Source: Flavobacteriales bacterium
GTDB lineage: Bacteria > Bacteroidota > Bacteroidia > CAIKAF01
Length of the DNA: 64,000 bases
Reading direction: 5' to 3'
Assembly: GCA_022402535.1 (NCBI GenBank)
Contig: JAKRSD010000020.1
Coordinates: forward strand, 221,341-285,340
Under the pieces are notes generated by a model, which was not told the DNA's origin, searched no databases, and was given only the letters and a program-made list of their open reading frames with translations. Made by a program: the position numbers and the translations under genes. Of this stretch, positions 49,255 to 58,972 are shown piece after piece; position 1 is the first letter of the stretch; each line of letters opens with the position of its first letter.

Positions 49255-51051
49255 TTATACAGAATTTACCATGTCTGATAAATCGGTTTCAGCATCTAAA
49301 TTGAGTTTTTTCTTCAGTCTGTTACCCGTCTTTCTTACAGAATCGGGTGAAATCCCGAGCATATTGGCAATTTCTTTGTAGGATAAATCCATTCTAAGTA
49401 ATGCTAGTAAACGGGTTTCGGCTAGAGTAAGATCGGGATATTTCGTTTTTAACCGCGCGAAAAAATCAACATGGACTTTATCAAACAGTCTTTTAAAGTT
49501 TATCCAGTCGTCCTCTGTCAATATGGTAGATTTATATAATTTCTCTCTTTCGGCCTGAATTTCGGGAGAAGGAACCTGACCGGCGAGTTTTTTTAATTTT
49601 TCGGTTTCCTCTTTAAAGCGCTCGATTGCCTTATTTTTTTCGCGAATCGTATCTAAATAGCGTTGTAGAGATTCTTGTGACAAACGGAGTTCACTTTCTG
49701 CTTTTTGTTTTTCAATGGTAAAAATTTTTTTATCCTGACGGCGCTTAAGCCTTACTCTGTTTAGCATAAAGTATAAAACCACCACTGAAAAAACGGCCCA
49801 GACCAGCCCTGCATTTCGGGTAAATCTATCCCGCTTCCTTTTAATTTCGAGCCATTCGATATGATTTAGAAAGCGTTCAGACTGCACCCGTATTTCAGAC
49901 GCTTTAAGGTGCTCCCTGTTTTTCTCCTGAAAAACCAATTCTTTATAATAAAGTACAGAATCTGTGTACATTACCGCATTTTCAAAATTTTTATTTTTCC
50001 TTGCAAATGCTGATTGTAAGGTATAATATTTAACATACAGCTTGTTTGAGCCGTATTCCTTCAAATAAATGCTGAGTTCATCCATTTTTTGCCTAGCGGC
50101 CATAATGCTATCCTGATAAAAATTGATTTCGGCCAACGTAACCAATGCATTGGCCATACTTAAATATTCTTTCTTGTTCTTACTCTGATAATAATCTTCA
50201 TACATGAGTTTTTGGGCCGATAATGTGTCTCCCTGTTCCAAAATTACCATAGCCATGTTACCACTTACCAGGCCCGTCCAAAATGCATCGCCATGTTTTC
50301 GTGCTTTATCCATGGCAATTTTGTATGATTTTATTGACGCTTCAATTTGACCCTTTCTATAGAAAAGAAGCCCAAAGGTATTGTACGTGCTTATTTCTTC
50401 CAGAGAATTTATAAACGGGAAATTTAAGGAATACAAAAGCACGGAAAGTGCTTTATCAAATTCTCCGTAATCCATATAAATTACAGCTAATTTGGACAAT
50501 CTTGACTGAAAATGCGGAACATTATAATGTCCAAGCGTTTCATAGTGTGAAAATGCGTTGAATAAATTCTCAAATGCTGAATTGTAATCTGAACCGGTTT
50601 CGTAATATTTAATAGCAAGTTTGAAATTCAAGTCCGCAGCATCAACAATTAACGCGTTTTGTTCTGCAATCAGGATTGCTCTTTTAAGATTGTTGTTCAC
50701 CGAGTCTTTACTATGCAACTGCACTTCTTGCCAATGAGAATGGTATCGGTAATACTGTACAAGCAAACAGGGGTCGTTAACTTTTTTTGAAAATGTATAG
50801 AGTTTCTGTATTTCTTCAGAAGCGGCTTCGGAGTTAAAATTAAATGAATCAAACTGCTTTTTTATTTGCTGGCATCTCTCATTTTCAGAATAGGTAAAAA
50901 GAATATCAAAGGGCTGATTATTTTGCGTTTGTGAAAATAACGGATTAAAGAAAACTTGACAGCACAAGAAAAGCACAATCAAGAATGAGTGTAATAAAAA
51001 CGATACGTCAGAAAACGTTCGTTTCCGAAATACGGCAAAATGAATATGCAT
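49255..51051 (-). CDS. membrane-anchored TPR-repeat regulator with a C-terminal LuxR-type HTH
   Basis: TPR-like repeats, then a single TM helix (AGLVWAVFSVVVLYFML), a coiled coil, and the LuxR HTH ETRLLALLRMDLSYKEIANMLGISPDSVRKTGNRLKKKL. Confidence 0.7.
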   Translation of the reverse strand: MHIHFAVFRKRTFSDVSFLLHSFLIVLFLCCQVFFNPLFSQTQNNQPFDILFTYSENERCQQIKKQFDSFNFNSEAASEEIQKLYTFSKKVNDPCLLVQYYRYHSHWQEVQLHSKDSVNNNLKRAILIAEQNALIVDAADLNFKLAIKYYETGSDYNSAFENLFNAFSHYETLGHYNVPHFQSRLSKLAVIYMDYGEFDKALSVLLYSLNFPFINSLEEISTYNTFGLLFYRKGQIEASIKSYKIAMDKARKHGDAFWTGLVSGNMAMVILEQGDTLSAQKLMYEDYYQSKNKKEYLSMANALVTLAEINFYQDSIMAARQKMDELSIYLKEYGSNKLYVKYYTLQSAFARKNKNFENAVMYTDSVLYYKELVFQEKNREHLKASEIRVQSERFLNHIEWLEIKRKRDRFTRNAGLVWAVFSVVVLYFMLNRVRLKRRQDKKIFTIEKQKAESELRLSQESLQRYLDTIREKNKAIERFKEETEKLKKLAGQVPSPEIQAEREKLYKSTILTEDDWINFKRLFDKVHVDFFARLKTKYPDLTLAETRLLALLRMDLSYKEIANMLGISPDSVRKTGNRLKKKLNLDAETDLSDMVNSV

Positions 51052-51069
51052 TTAAGAGTAAAGGTTACC

Positions 51070-51077
51070 CAAATATA
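51070..51077 (-). promoter_or_regulatory. -7 promoter element (TATATTTG on the minus strand) for the LuxR-TPR regulator
   Basis: The plus strand reads CAAATATA. The box lies about 19 bp upstream of the ATG, implying a very short leader. Confidence 0.3.
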
Positions 51078-51105
51078 CTATTCTTTCGCCAAAACCTAAA
51101 CCGAT

Positions 51106-53361
51106 TTATCTTGCAACTGTAATAATACCCTTTTCGGTGATTGACTTTGGGTCATTATTCCCGGGCTTATAGGCATATGTGAATACAAAAAAGTATGTTC
51201 CGTCGGGTGAATTTCCAAATAATGATTTTCCTGTCCAAGGCTGGTCTAAAGCATTTCCTTTAAACACAACATTACCCCAACGATTGTAGATAATAAGATT
51301 AAACTCCGTTATCTCACAATCTTGTGGATTTTGAATCTGAAATACATCATTAACATTATCCCCATTAGGCGTAAACACATTAGGTATAATAAGTTCACAA
51401 TCACAATTTTCCAACACTTCAACTTCTACCTGCAGCGTGTCTGAATTACAAAAATCGGTAAATGCAAACACGGTAAAAAATTCAGATTGTGAAGAAAACG
51501 AACTGTAGGTAGCGCCTATGTATGCACCCTGATTCCAATTAATATTGGTTCCCTGTGTTGTGGTTTCAGCCGTAAGAGTGGCTTCTTCGCCTTTGCAAAT
51601 TGTAACTTTTTCGGGAGCACTGATAGTAGGAACAGAATCCACGGTAACTTGGAAAAACGCTGTATCGGAAGAGCATCCATCTAATTCAATGATCAGCCCA
51701 TATTCCTGATTCTGGGAAGGAGAAACCGTTATCTGGGTTGATGTCTGTAAAGCAGGCAACCAAGTATAATCACCGTTAGCCAGTGAGTTATTTCCGGTAA
51801 GCACAACTGAATCACCGGCACAGATCCGATTTTCACCATCAATTTCAGCAACAGGCCTTGGTTTCACCACTAACAAAACCGAATCGGGCAAGGAATTACA
51901 GCCTTCGGGCGATTGGGCTGTTACTGAATACCACTGGGAAGTGGTTCCACTCACGATAATTTGGTTTCCGGTTTGATTTCCGGGCTGCCAGGTGAATACA
52001 GAGTTAGGTATTGAAGACTGGGCCGTGAGTTGTGCTAAATCGCCACTACACACATCAGATGGACCTTGTGCGGTAACAGACGGTACTGAATTTACGATGA
52101 TATTCTGTATTGTCGGCGTAGAAAAACAGCCAAACTGTGCAACCGATAAACTCACCTGATATGATCCGGGATTGGGCCAGGCAACCGTAAAAGGACCTTG
52201 GCCAGGAACAGTGCCCGACAGAATATTAGCCCCATTAAAATTCCAGGTGTATGCAGCTCCGGGAGGCATATTGCCTGTATAATTCACCGAGAGGGTTTCA
52301 CCTAAACATAAACTGGTATCAGAAACTGAAAAGTTAGAAAATGGTTGTGGATTTACGGTTACCACCACTTGGTCTGAACTATTACAGGCCGAAGGATTGG
52401 CGGCTAATGAAGTCGTTACCGTGTAGGTAATTTGCTGAGGTAGTCCTCCCGTATTGGTTAAGGTAACCGTTGGATTGGCAATGGTAGAATCACTCAGCCC
52501 GGTTGTAGGAGACCAACTGTAAATAAAATTAGGATTGGGGGTTGTACCTAGCTGGGCCGTGCCTCCACTACAGAATGAAACATTGGCCCCCGCATTACTT
52601 GGAGGAACGGGAGTGAAAATTGTAACATTCCGAAGCGAGTGTCTGTCATTACTTCCTCCTGTACTTGCCGTAAAGCCCATATAACCGGAAAAGTTCACCG
52701 GGAAATTAGCGTTCAGCCAAGGAGTACCATTTACAATCACCTGTATAATCCCGTTGTTATAAATAATCTGCGCAGAGTTGTACGCATTGGAGCGGATAAA
52801 ATTCAAATTTCCTCCTGCGTTATTCACTTTCACAACATTAAAATTGGGCTGTGGACATTCGTTATAACCAATGCCATAACCAATCTGAATTTCGGGGTTT
52901 GCCCCGCATCCGTTGTCAAACGTATCAAACACCACTTTCAATCCGTTGGCCGTTGCCGGAATTCCTACACCCCCTCCACCGACAAACCCGGCAGGCGGAA
53001 CATCCAGAAAACAGAATGCAATACCATCTGCCCCTGTTCCGTCAAAAATCCGGAACTCAAAATTCACAATCCACTCGGTACAGATACTTAAATCTATGGG
53101 TTGATTGAAAAAAACGCCGCCGCTTTGTGTATTAGATGGGCCAGTTAGAACCAATTCGTTGTTAAAATTATCGACATCACCTGGCGTATCACCAATGGCG
53201 GCATTTCCTGTTAAATTCCAACCGGTGGTAATCATCGTAGGTTGACCCTGCAGTTCGGCAAATACGAAAGATTGCCCATAGACCTGAGCGTTTAAACCAA
53301 CTAAAATCAGCGCTAAGAGTATTTTGAATAACTTCATGAACTTGGTAAAATGGAAAAACAT
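51106..53361 (-). CDS. secreted adhesin-like protein with an N-terminal legume-type (L-type) lectin domain, Ig-like repeats and a C-terminal gliding-motility/T9SS type-B domain
   Basis: Lectin blocks ADGIAFCFLD and KVVFDTFDN (compare legume lectin GDGLAFF / VAVEFDT), and the C-terminal CDCELIIPNVFTPNGDNVNDVFQI motif of TIGR04131. The likely start is MKLFK at 53337, with TAAATTTG (read on the minus strand) at 53367-53374 as its -7 box. Confidence 0.75.
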   Translation of the reverse strand: MFFHFTKFMKLFKILLALILVGLNAQVYGQSFVFAELQGQPTMITTGWNLTGNAAIGDTPGDVDNFNNELVLTGPSNTQSGGVFFNQPIDLSICTEWIVNFEFRIFDGTGADGIAFCFLDVPPAGFVGGGGVGIPATANGLKVVFDTFDNGCGANPEIQIGYGIGYNECPQPNFNVVKVNNAGGNLNFIRSNAYNSAQIIYNNGIIQVIVNGTPWLNANFPVNFSGYMGFTASTGGSNDRHSLRNVTIFTPVPPSNAGANVSFCSGGTAQLGTTPNPNFIYSWSPTTGLSDSTIANPTVTLTNTGGLPQQITYTVTTSLAANPSACNSSDQVVVTVNPQPFSNFSVSDTSLCLGETLSVNYTGNMPPGAAYTWNFNGANILSGTVPGQGPFTVAWPNPGSYQVSLSVAQFGCFSTPTIQNIIVNSVPSVTAQGPSDVCSGDLAQLTAQSSIPNSVFTWQPGNQTGNQIIVSGTTSQWYSVTAQSPEGCNSLPDSVLLVVKPRPVAEIDGENRICAGDSVVLTGNNSLANGDYTWLPALQTSTQITVSPSQNQEYGLIIELDGCSSDTAFFQVTVDSVPTISAPEKVTICKGEEATLTAETTTQGTNINWNQGAYIGATYSSFSSQSEFFTVFAFTDFCNSDTLQVEVEVLENCDCELIIPNVFTPNGDNVNDVFQIQNPQDCEITEFNLIIYNRWGNVVFKGNALDQPWTGKSLFGNSPDGTYFFVFTYAYKPGNNDPKSITEKGIITVAR

Positions 53362-53451
53362 TTCGCCAAATTTAAGATATTTTAATAACTACCGGTAGAT
53401 AAAGTTTAATTTGCGTAACCGGTTAAAACAGTCCAAATTATGACTTTTAGA

Positions 53452-55584
53452 CTATTTCTTACTCACCTTTTGGGTTTTAAGGTATTGAATATAGTCTACA
53501 AAAATGCGCTGGCTTTCCTCTTTAAAAAAGTCATACTCCTTTTCGTCCTTGGGTTTATCTTCCAATTTTTCAATGGCTGATAAGCCCATTAACACTCTTC
53601 TCTTATTATAACGTTCCAACTCAATTTTTCGATCGTTTTCCCTTTCTGCTTTCAGTTTTTCTTCATTCAACGGAACGGTCTTTTCGCTTCTTTTGCTGCT
53701 GAATTCTGCAATATCATCCAGCATGAATTTATATTCTTCGCTGGTCTTCATCCGAGATTCATGCAAATTTTTCAGGTATTGCTTCACTGAAGATAAATCG
53801 GCCAATGGAATAAAGGGTGCCGGGTTTATTTTATCCCAGGGTAATGCCGTTTTTTGGGCACTTTCTCCAAAGTCTTCGGCAGAATACATTTCCGGGAAGG
53901 CTATATCCGGTTCAACGCCTTTGTGTTGTGTACTGCTCCCTGTGACACGGTAAAACTTAGCGATGGTAAGTTTAAGCTGCCCTAATTTAGCCTGCTCCCT
54001 TGGCAACAGGCGATTAATATCAAGTAGGTTTTGAACGGTGCCTTTACCATAAGTGGTATTCCCTACAACAACCCCGCGGCCGTAATCTTGTATGGCCCCC
54101 GCAAAAATTTCAGAGGCTGAAGCGCTGAAACGATCTATCATCACCATAAACGGACCACCATAAACAACGCCCGGTTCGTCCCGCTTAATTTCTACTTTAC
54201 CATTGGCATCACGAACCTGAACCACAGGTCCGTTATCAATAAACAGTCCGGTTAGTTCGATGGCTTCAAATAATGACCCTCCTCCATTGCTTCTGAGGTC
54301 CATAATGACACCGTCTAAATTCTCTTTTTGAAACGCTTTTAAAATTTTGGTTACATCGGAAGTGGTGCTTTTGTAGTCTTTTTCACCCCGTTGCATGGCT
54401 TCATAATCCAGATAAAATGAAGGTAAATCAATCACCCCGATTTTATATGTTTTGCCGCCTTCTTTTATTTGAATGACTTCGCTTTTGGCCGATTGTTCCT
54501 CAAGCTTCACTTTGTCTCTGACGATTTTAATTATCTTGGTAGGCCCGCCGGTTGGCGCTTCTGCCGGTAAAATTTCTAAACGAACGGTAGTTCCTTTAGG
54601 TCCACGAATTTTAGAAACCACATCATCTATTCTCCATCCGATTACGTCTTCCATTTCGCCGGATTCGCCTTGGCCAACAGCCACAATCCGGTCTTCTTTA
54701 AACACGAGTTTACTTTTGTCTGCCGGACCGCCTTTAACCACTTCCACAATTTTGGTGTATTCACCGTCAGTACGTAACGTAGCGCCAATTCCTTCGAGCG
54801 AATTACTCATGGAAATTTTAAATGACTCGGCTGTTTTGGGCGAAAAATAAGAGGTATGGGGCTCAACCGCTTCAGTGAGTGAGTTCATATATAGTTGAAA
54901 AACATCTTCACTGCGCTGTTTTTCCATCTGTGTTCTGAAATTCGTATACCGTTTGGTTATCGTTTCTTCCGATTGTTTTTCTTCTTTTCCGGCAAGTTTA
55001 AGATTAAGCGTTTCGTAACGGATTTTTTTATCCCAATACGCATTTAAATCCTCTTTGGAAGAAAACCAGTCCTCTTCGCGGCGGTCAAAAACATATACAT
55101 CCTCTTCTGAAACTTTTGAGGGTTTGTCGGCAATGCTTAACACATAATCTACCCGTTCGTCCATCCGTTCCGTGTAAAGGTTGTACACATCAAAAGCAAA
55201 TGACACATCCCCTTCTTTTAATTTGTTATCCAGCTCAAAACGAAGGGGCTCAAAACGCTGAACGTCTGATTTATAGAAATATATTTTATTGCCATCCAGC
55301 GATTCAAAGTACATATCAAAAACCCGTGACGACAGATCATCATCAAAAACCTGCTCTTTGTAGTGATAGAAACGCAATGCATTTACCACCTCCTTGGCTA
55401 CCTTGCTATGCTCGGGGAGCGGCTCAAGCTTGGGAAGCGTGCTTTCGGACTTACCGGTAAATAATATACCAACTGCCGACACGGCAGCAAAAACATAAAG
55501 GACGATGAGGGTATTTTTAATCATGGATAACATTCTTGGAAAGTAAGAACGTAAAAGTGGTAAAATGTTTACAAAAGATTTCAA
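53452..55584 (-). CDS. carboxy-terminal processing (tail-specific, S41) protease
   Basis: PDZ domain, and the S41 catalytic block GPFMVMIDRFSASASEIFAGAIQDYGRGVVVGNTTYGKGTVQ. It has a long N-terminal and C-terminal helical extension, Prc-like. Confidence 0.85.
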   Translation of the reverse strand: MKSFVNILPLLRSYFPRMLSMIKNTLIVLYVFAAVSAVGILFTGKSESTLPKLEPLPEHSKVAKEVVNALRFYHYKEQVFDDDLSSRVFDMYFESLDGNKIYFYKSDVQRFEPLRFELDNKLKEGDVSFAFDVYNLYTERMDERVDYVLSIADKPSKVSEEDVYVFDRREEDWFSSKEDLNAYWDKKIRYETLNLKLAGKEEKQSEETITKRYTNFRTQMEKQRSEDVFQLYMNSLTEAVEPHTSYFSPKTAESFKISMSNSLEGIGATLRTDGEYTKIVEVVKGGPADKSKLVFKEDRIVAVGQGESGEMEDVIGWRIDDVVSKIRGPKGTTVRLEILPAEAPTGGPTKIIKIVRDKVKLEEQSAKSEVIQIKEGGKTYKIGVIDLPSFYLDYEAMQRGEKDYKSTTSDVTKILKAFQKENLDGVIMDLRSNGGGSLFEAIELTGLFIDNGPVVQVRDANGKVEIKRDEPGVVYGGPFMVMIDRFSASASEIFAGAIQDYGRGVVVGNTTYGKGTVQNLLDINRLLPREQAKLGQLKLTIAKFYRVTGSSTQHKGVEPDIAFPEMYSAEDFGESAQKTALPWDKINPAPFIPLADLSSVKQYLKNLHESRMKTSEEYKFMLDDIAEFSSKRSEKTVPLNEEKLKAERENDRKIELERYNKRRVLMGLSAIEKLEDKPKDEKEYDFFKEESQRIFVDYIQYLKTQKVSKK

Positions 55585-55695
55585 AAAGTAGCCCTTTTAT
55601 GGTTTTTTTAACGACCAATTCGCAAATACAGAAGAATTCAAAAAGGAAAATCACATCTATTGTACCAGAAAACGATACCTTTCGCAGCTAATAGT

Positions 55696-57285
55696 ATGTC
55701 AGAACTTTTACGTGTAACCGATTTTTCGCTCGAAGTGGGAAACTCACGGCCTGTGGACGGAATTTCCTTTACCTTGAAACAAGGTGAGAAAGTATGCCTT
55801 ATCGGAGAATCGGGTTCAGGAAAAACACTAACGGCCTTGTCATTATTGGGCCTACAACCAGGAAAAATCATTAGTGGCGATGCCGTATTCAACACGCCCG
55901 AGGGTACTAACGTTTCATTATTTAAAAGTCCGCAAAAAAAATTACACGCATTGCGAGGTAAACATATCGGCTATGTTTTTCAGGAACCGGGGTTGAGTTT
56001 AAATCCCTCATTGAAAGTAGGCAAACAAATTGCCGAAACAGTAAAAACACACAAGGGGGTTTCAGAAAACGAAGCTTTGGAAGAATCTCAAAAATGGCTT
56101 GAAAAAGTAGGATTTACAAACGCTGTAGATATTATCAAACGATATCCTCACGAACTTTCGGGCGGACAAAAACAGCGCATCATGCTCATTTTAGCCATGG
56201 CTCCTGAACCTGAACTATTAATTGCCGATGAACCCACCTCTTCGTTGGATGTGATTGCACAAAAACAAATCACGGATCTGATACAAAAACTCTGTGAAGA
56301 GAAAAACACCGCTCTTCTTTTCATTACTCACGATATCCAAGCTGCCATACGCCTTGGCGATAAAATATGGGTTATGAAGCAAGGAAAAATATCGGAAACA
56401 CTGGAAAAACCATTCCTTTTTTCGGGACTCCAAAATTATGAGTCTGAAAGGCTTTATAAATCTATTATTTCGCTGGGTGAATGCGTCAAAACACCTCAAA
56501 AAGAAGAAATTGAAAATGAGGTTTTGTCAGTACAAAATGTAAGCCTCACGTATGTATCTCAACCTTTATGGTCGGGCAAATCAGCCCATTATGCGCTTGA
56601 TGAAGTATCCTTCACCTTAAACAAGGGCGAAGTATTGGGTATTGCCGGAGAATCGGGTTCAGGAAAATCTTCGATAGCCAAGGTGCTTACAGGGCTTGCA
56701 AAGCCTCGGACTGGGAATATTTTTGTTTCCGGAAAAAGCCTTTATGACCCTTTTGGTGAAATCGATGTAAACAGCCGCAACAAAATCCGCATGGTTTTTC
56801 AGGATCCGTTTTCATCGCTCAATCCAAGGATGCCCATCGGAAGGCAAATGGAAGAAAGTATTGTAGCCGCAGGCTTCAAAAAAAAATCAGAAATTGAAGG
56901 CAAAACCCATGTCTGGCTTGAAAAAGTAGGCATTCCCAAGGAATGGAAAACTCGTTTTCCGCATGAATTTTCGGGCGGACAGCGGCAACGGATTGCGATT
57001 GCCCGTGCAATGGCCTGTGAACCTGAAATTTTAATCTGCGATGAATGTGTTTCTTCCTTGGATGTCTCACTTCAGCGGGACATTTTGGACTTAATCCACA
57101 CATTCCGTAGTGAATACGGAGTCAGTATTCTTTTTATCTCCCACGATTTCAGGGCTATATCTTATCTGTGCGATCGGGTAATGATAGTAGAAAAAGGACG
57201 GGTGACGGAGAGCAATACAATCAAAAACATAGTAGAAAACCCCAACAAAGCATACACGAAAGCTATGATTGGGGCTGTGCGCTAG
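55696..57285 (+). CDS. ABC transporter ATP-binding protein with two fused NBDs (DppD/DppF / YejF-type)
   Basis: Walker A appears twice (GESGSGKT, GESGSGKS), as does the signature (LSGGQKQR, FSGGQRQR). The start is set at MSELLRV. There is no permease or substrate-binding protein gene nearby. Confidence 0.8.
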   Translation: MSELLRVTDFSLEVGNSRPVDGISFTLKQGEKVCLIGESGSGKTLTALSLLGLQPGKIISGDAVFNTPEGTNVSLFKSPQKKLHALRGKHIGYVFQEPGLSLNPSLKVGKQIAETVKTHKGVSENEALEESQKWLEKVGFTNAVDIIKRYPHELSGGQKQRIMLILAMAPEPELLIADEPTSSLDVIAQKQITDLIQKLCEEKNTALLFITHDIQAAIRLGDKIWVMKQGKISETLEKPFLFSGLQNYESERLYKSIISLGECVKTPQKEEIENEVLSVQNVSLTYVSQPLWSGKSAHYALDEVSFTLNKGEVLGIAGESGSGKSSIAKVLTGLAKPRTGNIFVSGKSLYDPFGEIDVNSRNKIRMVFQDPFSSLNPRMPIGRQMEESIVAAGFKKKSEIEGKTHVWLEKVGIPKEWKTRFPHEFSGGQRQRIAIARAMACEPEILICDECVSSLDVSLQRDILDLIHTFRSEYGVSILFISHDFRAISYLCDRVMIVEKGRVTESNTIKNIVENPNKAYTKAMIGAVR

Positions 57286-57352
57286 ACCATTAACAATTTT
57301 TATACGGTCGTTAATTTTTTCATAAAGGTTCAAAACAAGGAACCTAACCGGG

Positions 57353-57360
57353 TACTTTTG
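57353..57360 (+). promoter_or_regulatory. -7 promoter element (TACTTTTG)
   Basis: Matches TAnnTTTG 32 bp upstream of ATG 57392. Confidence 0.35.
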
Positions 57361-57391
57361 CACACGTTCAACTTTTTGAAGAACATTCCAC

Positions 57392-58969
57392 ATGCTGAAA
57401 AAAGGGGCCTTTTTATTGTTGTTTTTTGTCGGATTTCTGAGTCTTTCCGCTCAAAATTCGGCCATTGCCACCTTGGGGAGCGGACTTGAAAAAGCAGAAA
57501 CAGGACTCAACCGAAAAATTGACGAAATCATTAAACTGGGGAAAACCTTTTTGGGCAAACCCTATCGATTTCAAAGCGGTTCATTGCCTTGGGCTTTGGA
57601 TTGCAGCGGATTTGTCTGTTACATTTTCAAAGAAAACGGGTATTCCATTCCAAGGTCTTCCTCAGGCATTGCACCAGCCACTAAAAAAATTCAGCTGAAA
57701 GACATACAGAAAGGCGACCTGATGTTTTTTAAAGGAAGAAACATCAACAGCAACACGGTCGGTCACGTCAGTCTGGTTATTGATGTGGATCCGGTGGACG
57801 GCATCAAAATGATGCATAGCTGTTCGCGGGGCATTATCATTGAAGACTACGAAAAAATAGACTACTACAAGAAACGTTTTCTGATGGCAGGAAGAATTCC
57901 TGAGTTTTCAGAAGAACTGGCCCAAAAAGCGACTTCGCTTGCCCAATCCTCAAAAGTAATCCAGCCTGCGAAAAAGAAAAACGCCATAGCAGATACACTC
58001 TCGATAATCGGTGTGGGCGATATCATGTTGGGCACCAACTACCCCTCTGCTTCTTACCTTCCGCCTAATGACGGAAAAGAGATTTTATCACCCGTTAAAG
58101 ACATTCTTTCTACTGCAGACATTACCTTCGGAAACCTGGAGGGAGTGCTGCTTACTGGCAATGGCCCCGTGAAAAAATGCTCCAACCCTGCCGTTTGTTA
58201 TGCCTTTAAATCGCCCGATCATTATGCGGGTTATTTGAAAGATGCGGGGTTTGATGTGTTGAGCATTGCCAATAACCATGTGGGCGATTTTGGCGATGTG
58301 GGCCGTAAAAACACCGTGAAGGTGCTTAATGAACAACAGATTTATTATGCCGGGTTGCTGGATTTTCCTTACACCACTTTTGAAAAGAACGGAGTAAAAT
58401 ACGGATTTTGTGCCTTTGCACCCAATACAGGAACCGTAAGCATTAATGACATAGAAAATGCCAAAAAAATTGTACAGCATCTGGACAGCATCAGTGATAT
58501 CGTGATTGTTTCTTTTCACGGAGGGGCCGAAGGCGCCGCTAATAGAAATATTACACGCAAAACAGAAACCTATCTGGGCGAAAACCGGGGAAACCCTTAC
58601 GCTTTTTCCAGGGCTGTGATTGATGCCGGCGCTGATATTGTATTCGGACACGGACCGCATGTAACCCGCGCCATCGATATCTACAAAAACCGGATTATTG
58701 CTTACAGCCTGGGGAATTTTGCCACCTATGGCCGGTTTAATCTGAAAGAACAGGCGGGCATTGCCCCCATTCTGAAAGTGAATGTAAATGCCAAAGGCGA
58801 ATTTTTGTCTGGACAGATTTATCCGATTAAACAGGAAGGCGAAGGAGGCCCTGTGTTGGATCCTGACAATAAAGTGATTCAGGAAATTATCAAACTGACC
58901 AAAACCGATATACCGGAAGTAAATCTGATTATTCAGGAAAACGGACTGATCCTGAAGAAGAATCAGTAA
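57392..58969 (+). CDS. secreted fusion protein: NlpC/P60 cysteine peptidase domain plus CapA/PGA_cap metallophosphatase-like domain
   Basis: Signal peptide, then the NlpC/P60 catalytic context YRFQSGSLPWALDCSGFVCYIF ... GHVSLVID. The CapA blocks follow: IGVGDIMLGTNYP, ANNHVGDFGDVG, VSFHGGAEG and FGHGPHV. Confidence 0.7.
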   Translation: MLKKGAFLLLFFVGFLSLSAQNSAIATLGSGLEKAETGLNRKIDEIIKLGKTFLGKPYRFQSGSLPWALDCSGFVCYIFKENGYSIPRSSSGIAPATKKIQLKDIQKGDLMFFKGRNINSNTVGHVSLVIDVDPVDGIKMMHSCSRGIIIEDYEKIDYYKKRFLMAGRIPEFSEELAQKATSLAQSSKVIQPAKKKNAIADTLSIIGVGDIMLGTNYPSASYLPPNDGKEILSPVKDILSTADITFGNLEGVLLTGNGPVKKCSNPAVCYAFKSPDHYAGYLKDAGFDVLSIANNHVGDFGDVGRKNTVKVLNEQQIYYAGLLDFPYTTFEKNGVKYGFCAFAPNTGTVSINDIENAKKIVQHLDSISDIVIVSFHGGAEGAANRNITRKTETYLGENRGNPYAFSRAVIDAGADIVFGHGPHVTRAIDIYKNRIIAYSLGNFATYGRFNLKEQAGIAPILKVNVNAKGEFLSGQIYPIKQEGEGGPVLDPDNKVIQEIIKLTKTDIPEVNLIIQENGLILKKNQ

Positions 58970-58972
58970 GCG

